A program made the position numbers and the translations under genes. This document shows, piece after piece, positions 38,401-51,780 of a stretch of 64,000 nucleotides of DNA. Source of the stretch: Lytechinus pictus (Eukaryota); the NCBI RefSeq assembly GCF_037042905.1, contig NC_087250.1, positions 19,408,001 through 19,472,000 on the forward strand, given 5' to 3'. Numbering within the stretch: the first letter of the stretch is position 1; every line of letters starts with the position of its first letter. The notes beneath the pieces are model-generated. The model was not told the DNA's origin, did not search any database, and saw only the letters and a list, made by a program, of their open reading frames with translations.

Positions 38401-39467
38401 ATTTGTGTGAATATCGTTATCAGCTAGGGCATGATATTAAGGATAACGTACATATTTCACCCACGGAATTCAGCCATTGCAATTCTGAAAACTGTCATGA
38501 AACTGAAAACTTGCATACAATACACCTCATACTGCGCAATCACGTACACTTTTTTGTAAGCAGACTCAACTCAACTGGCGTTTGCAGTGCAACTATATTT
38601 TACTACCATTGACATTACGCATGTCCCCGGTCTTCGGTCTTCGTTTTCCAAACCTGTTGTTGGGTGTCTGGAAAACGAAGACAGAAGACCGGGGATTGCG
38701 TATTCGTCTAGCTAAGATAGGCCTATAATATTCAGCACCAGTTCAAGAATATTCTGATCTTGGATACGTCATCAGTTATTGATTGGCTTTGGATAAGTTA
38801 TGGTTATTTGTGTGAATATCGTTATCAGCTAGGGCATGATATTAAGGATAACGTACATATTTCACCCACGGAATTCAGCCATTGCAATTCCGAAAACTGT
38901 CATAAAACTGAAAACTTGCATACAATACACCTCATACTGCGCAATCACGTACATGCAGACTCAACTCAACTGGCGTTTGCAACTATTTTACTTCCATTGA
39001 CATTACGCATGTCCCCGGTCTTCGGTCTTCGTTTTCCAAACCTGTTGTTGGGTGTCTGGAAAACGAAGACAGAAGACCGGGGATTGCGTATTCGTCTAGC
39101 TAAGATAGGCCTATAATATTCAGCTCCAGTTTAAGAATATTCTGATCTTGGATACGTCATCATATGATTGGCTGCGGATAAGTTATGGTTATTTGTGTGA
39201 ATATCGTTATCAGCTAGGGCATGATATTAAGGATAACGTACATATTTCACCCACGGAATTCAGCCATTGCAATTCTGAAAACTGTCATGAAACTGAAAAC
39301 TTGCATACAATACACCCCATACTGCCCAATCACGTACAAGCAGACTCAACTCAACTGGCGTTTGCAACTATTTTACTACCATTGACATTACGCATGTCCC
39401 CGGTCTTCGGTCTTCGTTTTCCAAACCTGTTGTTGGGTGTCTGGAAAACGAAGACAGGAGACCGGGG
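35438..39467 (+). repeat. Tandem array of ~400-bp (A) and ~521-bp (B) units, each with a 70-bp hairpin
   Basis: Hairpin CCCCGGTCTTCGGTCTTCGTTTTCCA-N18-TGGAAAACGAAGACMGAAGACCGGGG starts at 35586, 35985, 36506, 36904, 37302, 37823, 38221, 38625, 39013 and 39398. The array begins at 20889-21445, before the 14-kb insertion. Confidence 0.95.
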
Positions 39468-39680
39468 ATTTCATTTGTCAAGCTTATTTCCACATATAGC
39501 GTGCTATGGACACGTTTCCGTGCAATTGTACTTCGTTTTCTTCATGCTGGCTGATAAACAGACCTTAAAACAACCGATATACGTGGATACAATATTCCAT
39601 GAAATTGTCATATCGTTTTTAAAGAAAACAAATTTTCAAACTGAAAAAATGCATGCAATTAATAGATGCTTACATAGAAT

Positions 39681-40932
39681 CAGGGGCGTAGCAGCGTTCG
39701 GTGGCCAGGGGAGGGGGGGGGGGACGAGAGCCAGAAAATTCCCGGTCATTATCATCAGTGGCGTAATTAAGAAAAACGGGAAAAAGATAAAAGGGAGGGA
39801 GAAAGAAAGAAAGGGAAATGGGGAAGGAAATGTGAAAAGGAAAGGAGGAAAAGGAAAGGGAAAATTGAAAAGAAAACGAAGAAAAAAACTTTTTTTGGAA
39901 TGGAAAAGAAAGGAAAGCGGGAAAATATACGAAAGAAGAACATTTGAGAAAGAACACATCATTCCGAAATAGGCCTATGTAATGCAATAGCACGGTGGGA
40001 AATAATTTAAAAGATAACAAAATGGTATGAAGAGCGGGAAACGAAGGTAGAACGTAATTAATCAAAAGCTAAATTGGAAAAAAATACAAGGGAAAAAGGG
40101 ACAAGAAAAAAATAATAACACGACCGGGCTGCCGATGATTGAAAAGAGCGGGAAGAAAGATGGTCTGCATACAACATTGTGTTATAAGCTTGCTAGATTT
40201 TATGCAAATAAGCTACCGGGCCTTTGTCCCAGACCCCACGCAGTATGGGCTCTTCAGCATTTATAACCTTCAAATGGCTATATACCTACCCCCGTTCAAC
40301 AATGTTCAATCAATGGCATACAGGCGGGGGGGGGGGGGTGTTCCACACCCAAGAGGGAAAAAAAGAAATTATAGGAGACAAAGTATAATGAAATGAATGG
40401 ACAATGAAATGTGTTATTTGCTGAATATAATGGAAAATATATCACATAATTAGAATTTAATTTCAATAGGCAATTTTTTTCCAGCTCGCTTTGCACGCTA
40501 GCGAATTTTTACAATTTTTTCCCACGTTGGTATGCTTTGCCCTATAAATATTTGGTTCATTACGCAACTGGGTTGAATAAATGTGTTGTGTAAAAGCTAT
40601 AGTCTATGTAGAATGCGATTTGATTAAAATAGCGGCAATCTGCGAGGTTTAAATGGCTTTGATATCAAGGTGTTTTCAGGGGGCTCCGCCCCGGACCCCA
40701 ACCGCACATCACTGCGTATGGAAGTGTTGGGCCATTGGCCCAAAAAGTTGTACAAACAAAAACACAAAAAAAGCAGAGGAAAAGTGTAGGATATGATTTT
40801 ATTTACTGAATATAATGTCAAAAAATAGCTCAAAGTTAGATTCTCATGAAAAGGTGATTTTTTTTCTCGCTCGCTTCGCTCGGGACTTATATAAAACAGC
40901 TTTCTTTAGCACATGTGGTATACTCCACCCCT

Positions 40933-40967
<35 letters not shown>

Positions 40968-41294
40968 CTTCACGTTACAGCCGCAAAGAATCCTGTTCAC
41001 AGTGCGCGTACAGACGACAAAAAAGGAATCCAAAGAGAGAAGAGTGAAATATCATTCTCTGGACATCATGTCAAAATCTATCACAAAATTGGATTTTTGT
41101 ATTAAAAAGGTCAAAATTTTTGCTCGCTCGCATTTTTTAAAAGATAAATTCTGTCCGATGCACAATATCTGGCCTTCTCAAAATAGTGTCGGCTCATTAC
41201 GCCTGTTTATACCATATAATGTGACCAGGAAATATTTGGCTCTTGCCCGCCCCCCCCCCCCCGCCCCTGGCCACCGACCCCTGTTACGCCGCTG
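39681..41294. mobile_element. hAT-like non-autonomous element
   Basis: CAGGGGCGTAGCAG...CTGTTACGCCGCTG termini; flanks CATAGAAT/CATATCAT (6/8 match). Confidence 0.6.
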
Positions 41295-41508
41295 CATATC
41301 ATGGTGTGAAGAGCGGTCTGTCCCCTGGATAGGAACATCGGCAGTGGTTGGGCGATATCTTGAAGTTCACTAATTTGTGTCCCCTTATGATTGCGGCTAG
41401 TTGCGTACGTGAAATCAAAATAGGCTATTATATACACGTCATACCCACACACCAGCCGAGTCTTTCTTACCGTTCTTTATTTTCAACCTCGGTATCCCGG
41501 TTGTGTTC

Positions 41509-42819
41509 CAGTGGCGTAGCTAGGATTTTTTTCCTGGGGGGCACTGGGGGTCCTTGCTTTGAGTCAGGGGGGCACCATTTTTATCCGGTGTGTACTTGTC
41601 ACAAGGGCCCGAAATTATCTTCACTTATATTTTTCCCGATCAGTCACTTCTTCGTTATATTCTTATAAAACAGCACAAACATGAAATAATCTAATAAGCA
41701 TTATAAAAAGTGCGAGCGCGAAGCGCGAGCGATTTTTTTTTATTTGTTACTTTCATGTAATATTCTGGGCAATGTTATGTGTGATCCCGATCAGGATTCG
41801 AATGTAACTAGATGGTTACTGCGAACGCCAAGCGCGAGCAGAAATTTTTATTAACTGTTCTAGCATTATCGAAAAGGGACCTGTTAAGTGCACTTATATA
41901 GGTACCCACGAAGATGGTATATATTTTTATAATGCAATTTTTTTGACATTCCGACCTAAAAGAATGGTAATTCTAAGCACTTTTTGTATCAATAAATGGG
42001 ATAGGTATGTAACGAAACAATGGATGCGAGCGCGAAGCACGAGAGGAAAAAATTTGAGATTTTAGACCTAAAAGCGGGACACTATTCATATTTTGTAAAT
42101 CATAAATAGGATATAGTTAATTGGGTATCATTAATTATGCTATCGTAAAGCGCGAGCAGACAATTATTTATATTCTGATGTGAAACTGGATAATTCAAGT
42201 AGATTTTAAATAAAGAACATGCATGCTATCGCGCATGTTTTAGATTTAGACCTATAATCTGGGCATTCTGAATATATTTCTTTAATGGAACATTATGGAA
42301 TACATGTAGACAATAGGAACTTGGCAAATCAATCAATGTGACCACGCAGCGTGAGCTTTAAAAAAAAATGGTGATATGTAGACAATAAAACGGACATTTT
42401 ACAGAGCACTTAAATTTGTAAATGAAAAAAATATTGAAAGCTCGATGTCCGAGCTAATTATGTTTTGTATAATGACTTCAAAACTTGCTCCATATCAGCC
42501 TATTGAGCAAGATATGAATCTCATCGAACAGTCAATTCTGGCGCGAAGCGCAAGCAAAGATTTTTTATAGTAACATGAAAGAATTGTTTCTTTTTTGGCA
42601 AGTCTTCCCCTCACATTATTTCATTCATTCGTCTCCCTCCTCTTATTTTCCTCTTCTTTTTTCTTCTGTCTTTCTTCTTCTTTTTATTTTCTTCTTTCTC
42701 CCTTTTTTTTTTGCTCTACCAATTTTTTTCCAGGCGGGACACCTGATGGGGGCACACCAAATCCCAGGGGGGGGGGCTCCCAGCCCCCCCCCCCCCCCCC
42801 GTAGCTACGCCACTAGCTG
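41509..42819. mobile_element. hAT-like non-autonomous element
   Basis: CAGTGGCGTAGCTA TIR (small insertion at right end), 8-bp TSD TTGTGTTC, internal GCGAGCGCGAAGCGCGAGC motifs. Confidence 0.75.
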
Positions 42820-45408
42820 TTGTGTTCTTAATTTCTTTCTTTCCCCCTCTTGTTTTTTCTGTTTTCTATTCCGATTTCATGTTAGCATTTTCGCATCCCG
42901 TTTATTTTGGCCTCTCTTCCTTCCCTTTCCCGCCTAAAATTTCCGTTCCACTTTGCCATCTCTTTATTCCTAACCCCTTTCTCACTTGTTTATTAGTAGG
43001 CCCTATTTCAGGATGATTAGATTTGTTTGATCATTCCAATTATTGGCCCTTTTCCTTTCTCCTTTCTTCCTTCTCTTTCTCATTGTTTGTCTCACCCGCA
43101 AGAGGTGAAAGCGAGACTAAGAGATCCAAATGTCGTCCGCCCGTCGATTCCCAAAGAGGGTAAGCCGATTCTGCGGTGCAAGATAGACCAAAAGCCAATT
43201 CTGCATCGGCTTTTGGTTCTGAACCAAAAGCCGATGCACGTGTAAACAGGGTAATTTTCTTCCAAACGCGTACTGAATTGTTGCTCTCGAAATGTACGCG
43301 TGGGAACGTCTCGGGTTTAACCGCAAAGTAGTATACAAGCGACGCACTTGTGTTTCATGTGCGCCGACCGTATAGAAAACATCGCATACCGGCAACAGCA
43401 TTCTACAAAGGCACGCTTGCCACCTGTCTTAGGTCGATGACATTGCTTTCTATTACAATTAGGTTTATTTTATACGGAGCCTTTAAAGGGATGGTCCGGG
43501 CTGAAAGCATGTATAGCTTAATGAATAGAGTAAAATTCACTGAGCAAAATACCGAAAATTTCATCAAAATCGGATAACAAAGTTATTGAATTTTAAAATT
43601 TAGCAATATTTTGTGAATACAGTCGTCATGAATATTCATTAGGTTGGCTGATGATGTCACATCTCCACTTGTTCTTTTGTATTTTATTATATGAAATTAG
43701 GTTTATTCAAATGTTTTCATCCAAGAACAAAAAAGTAGAAAAATTGGATTGGCAACTGATTTAGTGCATTAAATATTTATTGCTGCAACTTATTTCATTA
43801 TAAGGGAGACATATTATTAGCACAAATATGAAATAATGTAAAAATTATGATTATATATAATTAACATAGGGAAACTGAGAGTGGAGATGTGACATCATCA
43901 GCTCACCTAATGAATATTCACGACGATCTGTTTTAACAATATATTGCTAAACTTTAAACTTCAATAACTGTTTACTTGTTATCCGATTGATGAAATTTTC
44001 GGCACATTGCTCAGTGACCCTGATAGCAGAAACTGGTAAAAATGACGTCATAATTACGTCAGTTTAACGACGAGTGTCACGTCATTTTGACGTCGTAACA
44101 TGACGTCTTATTGACGGGATCTTGCACCCGCGAATAACGTCATTATGACGTCGTATATTGACGTCATTATGACGTCTCCAAGAGTGACTACGACGTCTTA
44201 ATGACGTCTTAGCAACGTTTTTACAACGTTTTCCTGACCAGTATCAAGGGTCAGATTGACGTCGTGTATTGACGTGATTATGACGTCTTCGAGAGTCAAC
44301 AACGACGTCTTAATGACATCCGTGTAACGTGTTCCTGACCGGTTTTAGACGTCATATTGATGTAATTATAACGTCTTTAAAAGTCATCTACGACGTCTCA
44401 ATGACAACTTTGCGACGTATTCCTGACCAGTTTTAGACGTCATATTGATGTAATTATGACGTGTTTATAAGTCAACTACGACGTCTGAATGACGACTTTG
44501 CAACATATTGCTGACTAGTAATAGACGTCATATTGACGTCACATATTGAAATGAATATGACGTCTTTTGGAGTCAACTATGATATCTTAACGTATTCTGA
44601 CGTGATAATGACCTAAACATTAAATTCTACATGCAATGTACATACACACATCACTTCAAAGACCTTGTCATTGAGGATTATCTATATTTGGTGAATACTG
44701 AGGTGGTCTGACAATGTCCAGCATTCCCAGTAACAATATAATGATCCTCCATGCCAGGGCCTTGCATAACTTGTCTCGGTCTCAAGAACATGACCCCCCC
44801 CCCCGAAAAAGAATATATACAAAAATGGAAAACGAAATCAAATACATGTACGCATTTCAATTACGAAATCGTGGCAAATATTCTATTAATAAATAAAAGT
44901 TGCATAACATATTACCAGCAAAAAAAAAAGGAATACAAAATGTTGAAAACTCTAAATAGATTGAAAAAAAAAACACTTTTCTATGAAAATGCAGTATTAG
45001 GGTCAAAGGAATGAAATTACAATGTCTGTTATACCAATACATACAATTGTACATGTATAAATACACATTAATACATAACAGAGGCATAATGATCTCCAAG
45101 AATAAAGCTTTTTCGTTGAAATTGTAATTAAATATACCTTCAACTTTAGACAACTATGTAATGTAGGTAAAAATAGACTGTATGTAAAAAAAAAATACCC
45201 GAGTTGGAATAGTTTCAGGATTTATGGAAGCTCGCATTTGGGTGAAAGAATCATACATGTACATTAATTCTAATGAAATGTTTGGGTTGTATTACACTAT
45301 CACTTAGGGCCAGGGGTAAAAGACAGTAGTTGCAGCAAACAATTATTTCTTCGGAAAGTCTTTTAAATTAAGGTTAATTGTCAAAATATTGTACATAATC
45401 TAGATCTG

Positions 45409-45682
45409 GGCCCTGTCTTACAAAGAGTTACGATTGATCCGATCAATCATAACTCTATGGAAATCCATCAGTGTCATAATTTTTTCTACGAAAAAATTGC
45501 ACAATGTCCTTTGTATGCAAAGAGAAGCGCAGCGAATTTTTGAGAAAACAATGAATGCATGAACATACATCATAGCTAGAAAATATTTTGAACAAACATG
45601 CTTAATAGATCTATGTTAACGTTGCTGACCGTCCATAGTTGCGATTGATCGGATCAATCATAACTCTTTGTAAGACGGGGCC
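45409..45682. mobile_element. PIF/Harbinger-like MITE
   Basis: ~45-bp TIR GGCCCYGTCTTACAAAGAGTTA, 3-bp TSD CTG; empty site in the duplicated segment at ~46250. Confidence 0.8.
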
Positions 45683-46792
45683 CTGGTAAATTAATGTAAA
45701 CTTGTATCTTTGTAAAATCATGAATTTTGATCTTAAAATCAATAATTCTGATGATCACTAACACAGAAAAGCATATGTGGGACAGGACAGTGTATTATGA
45801 TTGATTTGAAAAATACCCGACATTTGATAGAATTACATGCTTATTTTGCTCATTTCTCAGCAATTACACACATTTTCTTCCCAAGCTTTTTGGCACACAT
45901 CTTTTATATATACATACACTTTGCTGGTAATTCTGTTGGATTCTGTTCGAACTCATTTTAAGATAGTTACTACTAGAGGTGCGCTATTAACTTAAGGCAA
46001 CTATGCAATGTAGGACAAAATATACTGTATGTAAAAAAAAAAAAAACCTGAGTTGCAAAGTTTTCAGGATTTATGGAAGCTTGCATTTGGGTGAAAGAAT
46101 CATGCATCAATAAGTCTGATGAAAATAGTTTGTGGAACTGTTGTATTACACTATCACTTAGAAGGAAAAGACAGTAGTTGCAGCAAACAATTATTTCTTG
46201 AGAAAATCTATAAAATCAAAGTTCATTGTCAATATATTGTACATAATCTACATCTGGTACATTAATGTAAACTTGTATCTTTGTAAAATCATGAATTTTT
46301 AAACTTAAAATCGATAATTCTGATGATCGCTGTAAACACAGAAAAGCATATGTGGGACAGTGTATTATAATCGATTCGAAAAATACCTGACATTTGAAAG
46401 AATTACATGCTTATTTTGCTAATTTCTCAGCAATTACGCATTTTCTTCCCTACATGTAGCTACGTAGGCTTTTTATGTGAGCTGAGAGATTTCATACCAG
46501 ATTTCCTTTGCTTGATGAAGTTCTTTAATATGATAGTCTGTGTATCAGCATAGCATGTGTTCAGTGTTTTGAACCCACTGGAAATTGTGCATCATATCTT
46601 TATGTATGGAAGTCATTTTGCGTCTGCGGTCTCCATGGTTTTTTCAGGATCTATGTGTTGACTAGACCAGTCCCATATTGATATTTTCGTGCTGTGTCAC
46701 TTTGGAAGGCCGTCTCTAATTGGTTGACATGGTGAGTTGGCAGATGCACAGCCCATCCCACTTTTCAATTATATCATTACGTAATCTCTAAC

Positions 46793-47410
46793 ATGTCTAA
46801 GATATCCACCAGATCAAGAGGCCGCTTGCACTCGGCTAATGCATGTACACAATCCTCTGCTTCATCATTAACTGGATCTAAACAAAGCCCAGCATACCTA
46901 GATCATATTGATACAGTCGTTCAAAGAGCGGTGGCCGTGGCAATGGAACGCGAGAGACAAAAACTCAATGATGACATGGATAAGCGCGAAAATAAATTGC
47001 GTGAAATTCTTGATGAAAAGCTCACTAGTCTACACGTTCTTGAAATATCTATCGATACTAAATTGAAGCAACTCCGTGATTTTGAAAAATCGGTTTCTGA
47101 TAACATGACTAACACCATAATGCTTTGTCAAATAGGCTTGACCACATCGAGCAGTACTCCTGTCGCAATAATATCCGTATCCGTATGAGATTGTTCGAAA
47201 TGTAGCAAAGCAGATTGGTATCGATCTTACTCCATGTGACATTGATCGATCCCATCACCTTTGCCGACCAACTAGCAGTCATGATGTTCAACCCAAAGGA
47301 TCATACCCCGGCGTGGCCCTGTAATGCCAACTTAGCAGCTCCACCAATCAATGTGAAATTCACTTCATACAGGCCGAAACAAACGATGATGAAAAATAGA
47401 GGAAAATGAA
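46793..47410 (+). pseudogene. Frameshifted LINE ORF1-like remnant (L1 ORF1/Transposase_22-type coiled coil + RRM)
   Basis: Coiled-coil ORF 46793-47188. After frameshifts: NRLDHIEQYSCRNNIRIR, VAKQIGIDLTPCDIDRSHHL and PPINVKFTSYRPK, matching the LEQYSRRNN / IDRSHR / PIIVKF motifs of this family. Confidence 0.75.
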
Positions 47411-48589
47411 AATGCTCAGGAACAGATGACTGGGTGCAGGCAGGCAAGGCAGTTCAGGTGGGATGAAAATTTATGGGCAGGACACCTTCCGTTCAAATTA
47501 CAGCATCTGCAAAAATAACAGAAGAGGAGAAACATAAAAACTTTTTCTACATAAACTATTTATTAATCTTCATTAAAAACTAGATGGTTTCAATATTAAT
47601 TTCCAATTTATTTTAAATGATTAAAAAACGATGTGGGGTTTGTTACATATTTTATACTTCAAATATTAACATGTTAAGTCAAGTCGGGGGGGGGGGGGGC
47701 ATGATGCCCTCAAGACCTTTAACCATCTCTGTATAAGGAAGGGAATTTTAGAATCAATTTATTTGACACATAAAACATATTCTTTTTTTATAATTACAAT
47801 TTTAATTCATGCCTTTTTTATGTGTTTTAAATGGTTATGGGGTAACCAGGACTGTCAGGACCGAGAATTCGAACTTCGAGGCTGAAATACAGCCATTCCC
47901 TATGCCTGATTTGGCTTAAATTCAGGTCAAGGATCAATTAAATATATATTTTGAAAAAAAAATCTGACAAATTTTGAGGTGGAATTAGTTTTCTGGCATC
48001 GCGAGATCGACCAATGCAAAATTTTATTAGCGCCAATTTACCATCTAAACTTGTCATTGAAATTAGAACGTCCAAACCGATCTAGTACCAGTACTAGCAC
48101 AATCATGACAATGAATCAATCAGCTATGCATGTGCACCAATTCTGTATTTCTTGCATACGTACGTCACTCGAGTTAAAGTTCATGTCATTGCGTTATATA
48201 GCATGGGAATTGTAAGAAAGTGATCCTTCAAAATTTTTACCTTCCAACAATTAACATTTTTTAAGCCTTTGTATGCATTTAGAGTACAAAAGCTTACAAA
48301 TTGGACAAATTAAATGTTTGCCCCAAAATTATTGTGGGAAGGGTGGATTTTCTAGGGAAATCCATCTTAGTGTACAAAGTTCTACAGGCAACAGAGACTT
48401 GTCTAGGCTCCGTGAATGAAAATACAATGAAAAAATATCACAGAGTCCTCGAAGTACAGTCAGGACCATTAACAGATTAAAAGGTGCCCCGAGTTTGTGC
48501 ACACCCAAATCTGCGTGATTCTGATAATAGAGATTCCCAATGATCCCCCCCCCAAAAAAAAAGGCTTTACATCTGAAATAGCCTTCTAA

Positions 48590-48780
48590 CTTACCTACTG
48601 CCCGATGCCTCCTATCATGTAGGGCAGCAACGAAGGATCTCCACTCCTGGCATCCAGCGATTCTGGGCCTTCTTCTGGAAACTCCCCCAGGCCAGGTCAT
48701 ATTCACTGACTTCATCTCCTCCTCAACTCCTCATGTGTGACACCGAGACAGGTGGTTTTGTGTCTCCCTCTCTTTCTCCT
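48590..48780 (-). mobile_element. 3' end fragment of an RTE-clade LINE
   Basis: Translates across frameshifts as GERKRGRHKTT...EEEMKSVNMTW...QKKAQNR...EWRSFVAAL, the typical RTE C-terminus. Confidence 0.7.
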
Positions 48781-48877
48781 GAAATGTCAAACAGATCTAT
48801 TCATTAAAAATCTTACTCATAATGGTGCTTTTGGTAGAAAAATAATGAATATAGGGCATTTCATGTGACGCCCTTAA

Positions 48878-49660
48878 CCCTTATTAAACTGGGGGGGGGG
48901 GTCAATTTGACCCCCCCCCCCTCAACAAATTTCATCACTATTCACTACGCTGTCGCACAAAAAATTTAGATCGCACCGCTCACTGACTTTTTACTTTCAA
49001 GTCTCGCGCAAATTTTGAGACCAAATTTGTGACGCCCGGGTACGCGGTTACGTCATTACGCAACATTATGTAAGTGCATGTCAGACCCAAAATTGCTCAT
49101 AAACATGATTTCATGTACAAATCCAATGCAAATTGTGTATTTAGCCAAAATTCATAAATTTATCATTATTTCTACTTTTACTGATTAAACTTAATTAATT
49201 TTGCCTTGTTTATGATTAGAATTAAGTCTAGAACGATTTCCATCGAAAATACAATAAAAAACAAAATGTGAAAAAACAAAGAAATATGATTTAAAAAAAA
49301 ATAAAATACATAAGAAATCGGTCTTTGGTACCAGATTTTTTTTCATTCACAATTGTTAGGAATGCTATAAAGAATATTTTCACCCAAAAAATAGCATTCT
49401 AGGAGCTTTATTTAGTGAATCAGAGCAAAAAGTATGATTTCATGAATAAATTAGCATAATTAATTCATATAAAATAAAAAAATATGAATTCAGTGAAATT
49501 TACCAATGCAACTACGTAGATTACGTCATTCTCTACCATCATGCAAATTTTCGTTGTGATCGTGCAATCCACGGCCGAGATCTTATAAGGGGGGGGGCAA
49601 TAATACCCCCCCCCCCCCCCGGGAATGACAAGAATCAAAATACCCCGGTAGATTTAGGAT
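48878..49660. mobile_element. piggyBac-like MITE
   Basis: TTAA-CCCT left end and decayed TTTAGGA-TTAA right end, with GGGGGG-N-CCCCCC subterminal palindromes. Confidence 0.6.
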
Positions 49661-50469
49661 TTAAAAAATAGTCAGTACGGTATATCATCGAGGATCTACA
49701 TAGTAGGATGGGGGATCGGGTGTCCGGACACTTTATATTTTTGAAGCCTTCTTTTTTGTCTTTGGATTACACTAAAAATATGAATTCAATAGTTATAATC
49801 ATCTTCGATTTTGTTCTCTCTAAGTAATATTTCCTAACATTTTGAACTAAAAATTGATGAAACTTCGCTTGTAAATTTTTCCAAATTACTTTCTAAAATT
49901 GATCGTCCGGACACACAACCTGTCCGGACACACAACAACTGGGTATACATGTAGATCTGGTACAGTTACATAAACTGAACTTTGTGAAATCTTGAAATCT
50001 ACGCTGAAAAATGTTCAAACTGAAGATCACCAACACAGATAAGAGCACGTGGGACAGTTATTATTGCTCTGATTAATGTCGGCCCGACGCTTGCCTTGGC
50101 TCGAGTTGACCCGAATCCTGTGCTTTTTTTGCTTATTTCGCAGCAATTACACAATGAAAGTTCCAGAATCCTTTGGCACATACGGTACCGGTATATTATT
50201 TATAAATATAGACAGACACTTTGGTGGTCATTTCATTGGATTCTGTACGAACTCATTTTGATATCGTTACCACAACTGGCATTTACCTTTAAGTGTGCAC
50301 TGTGTCTGTGCAGACTTGGGCCCTGAGCCCACCAGCGCAGCCTGTCCTATTCAGCATGCCGGCGCTCGGGGCAGCCACCCCGGCCGGGTAGTGTCAGTGC
50401 ACGAAATCTAAAGCCAAAGGCAAGCCGCGCTCCGAAAAGAAAATCTTAGAAGATGGTTATCTAACTTAC

Positions 50470-50720
50470 TGTTTGGTCTCCTGCGAATGCCTTCGAAGTC
50501 GTTATCCAAATCTGAACCGTGTTCTTAAAGTAGTAGAACTATTATTAACGGCCATCTTCGTCGCACTTAATTCTCGATCCAAAATTAGGCTGCAACATTT
50601 ACGGCGAAAAACGGGCGCATTCCTTTTTCAAATTAAATGGTTACGACTGCGCCAGTTGCATGCAGTGCAGCGCGCATGCGCAGGCTCGACGCCCGGCGGC
50701 GAATTAATTCTGCGGATCAT
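50470..50720 (-). promoter_or_regulatory. Putative inward-facing promoter and first exon of the 44018-51570 element
   Basis: CpG-rich; NRF1-like TGCGCATGCGCG (50671-82), YY1-like AAGATGGC (50551-58), donor ACA|GTAAGT at 50470. Duplicated at ~57040-57300. Confidence 0.45.
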
Positions 50721-51780
50721 GAATTTTTTATAGGGGGTGAGCCCGGGGGGCGTGCATGGGGGGGGGGGGGTGAGCTAACTAGATAGGAGGTTTGCATGAC
50801 ACCGGGGCATGACACCACTTGCGAAAAAAAAGTTTTAAAATAGATACAAACTTCTTTGACATATAAAGCTTCCTCTTGTTTGGTTGGCAACCAGTTAAGA
50901 AATGATTATTTTTGCCACTGCTTTTGAAACTTTTTTTCTTTGAAGAATTATATACTTTACCTAAAATAAAAAAAATTCTGTACTATTTTTTTTAAGTTTT
51001 ACTTTTCCTTTTATAAGTAGAAATAGCCTTGCTAACATGGCAAGGTTGAAAAAATGGCAAAATAGTATGTGGCTTTGAAATTAAACTTGTAAATTTCCTC
51101 GTCGTTGATTGGTAAAATTTGATGTCATAATCACGTCGTAATGTGGTCATATGAAAACGCAAATTTCTTTGTCGTTGTTTGGTAAATAAATGATGTCATT
51201 ATCACGTCATAATGTGGTCATATAAAAATGCAAATTCATTTGTTGCAGATTGGTCGATAAATGACGTCGTAATCACGTAATAATCTGGTCATATAAGAAA
51301 GCAAATTTATTTGTCGTAAATTGGTCAGTAAATGACGTCGTAATCACGTCATAATCTGGTCATATAAGAGAGCAAATTTACTTGTCGTAAATTGGTCAGT
51401 AAATGACGTCAAAATCACGTCATAATCTGGTCAAATAAAAATGCAAATGAAAGTTGCCATTCTAAGTCGTCAAAATGACGTCGTAAGAACGTCATAAATA
51501 CGACGACATGACGAGTATTACCACTTTACGATCCGTAATGACGTCATTACGACCGTGTCTGCTATCAGGGGAATTCTACTCTATGTATTAAGATATAAAT
51601 ATTTTCAGCCAGGACCATCCCTTTTACATGTTTTAATTGCCATCGACTTGGCGAGAAACTTAATTATGACATGTCGACATAATGTCGACATACGTTATCT
51701 CGCCATGTCGACATAATTATATGACCTTTTATAAGTCGACTTGGCGAGATATCGTATCTCGTCATCTTGGATGTGAACGA

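Larger units (their letters stand above)
44018..51570. mobile_element. 7.6-kb non-autonomous CCC...GGG (CMC/EnSpm-like) element
   Basis: TIR CCCTGATAGCAGA. 2-bp TSD GA (the host MITE empty site CTCAGTGAATTCTACTC is seen at ~14252). Subterminal TGACGTC-rich ~60-bp repeats at 44040-44610 and 51100-51550. Confidence 0.88.
43487..51623. mobile_element. Kolobok-like MITE split by the 44018-51570 element
   Basis: TTAA-AGGGATGGTCCGGGCTGAAA ... TTTCAGCCAGGACCATCCCT with long TIRs. Confidence 0.75.

Noticed and set aside
35586..39467. CRISPR array
   Set aside because: Repeats are 70 bp and spacers are 150-450 bp and themselves repeated; no cas genes; eukaryotic context.
35784..39470. Repeated His/Cys-rich ORFs (HCNSENCHETENLH; LLLGVWKTKTEDRG), also at 51986-55336
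   Set aside because: Translations of the satellite unit; frames shift between copies and many starts are non-ATG.
39148..39972. Longest ORF (274 aa)
   Set aside because: Runs across a satellite unit, a spacer and a purine-rich hAT MITE; low complexity, no domain.
43085..43145. Second Helentron-like terminus (TTGTCTCACCCGC...GAGAC)
   Set aside because: Partner end not found, so boundaries cannot be supported.
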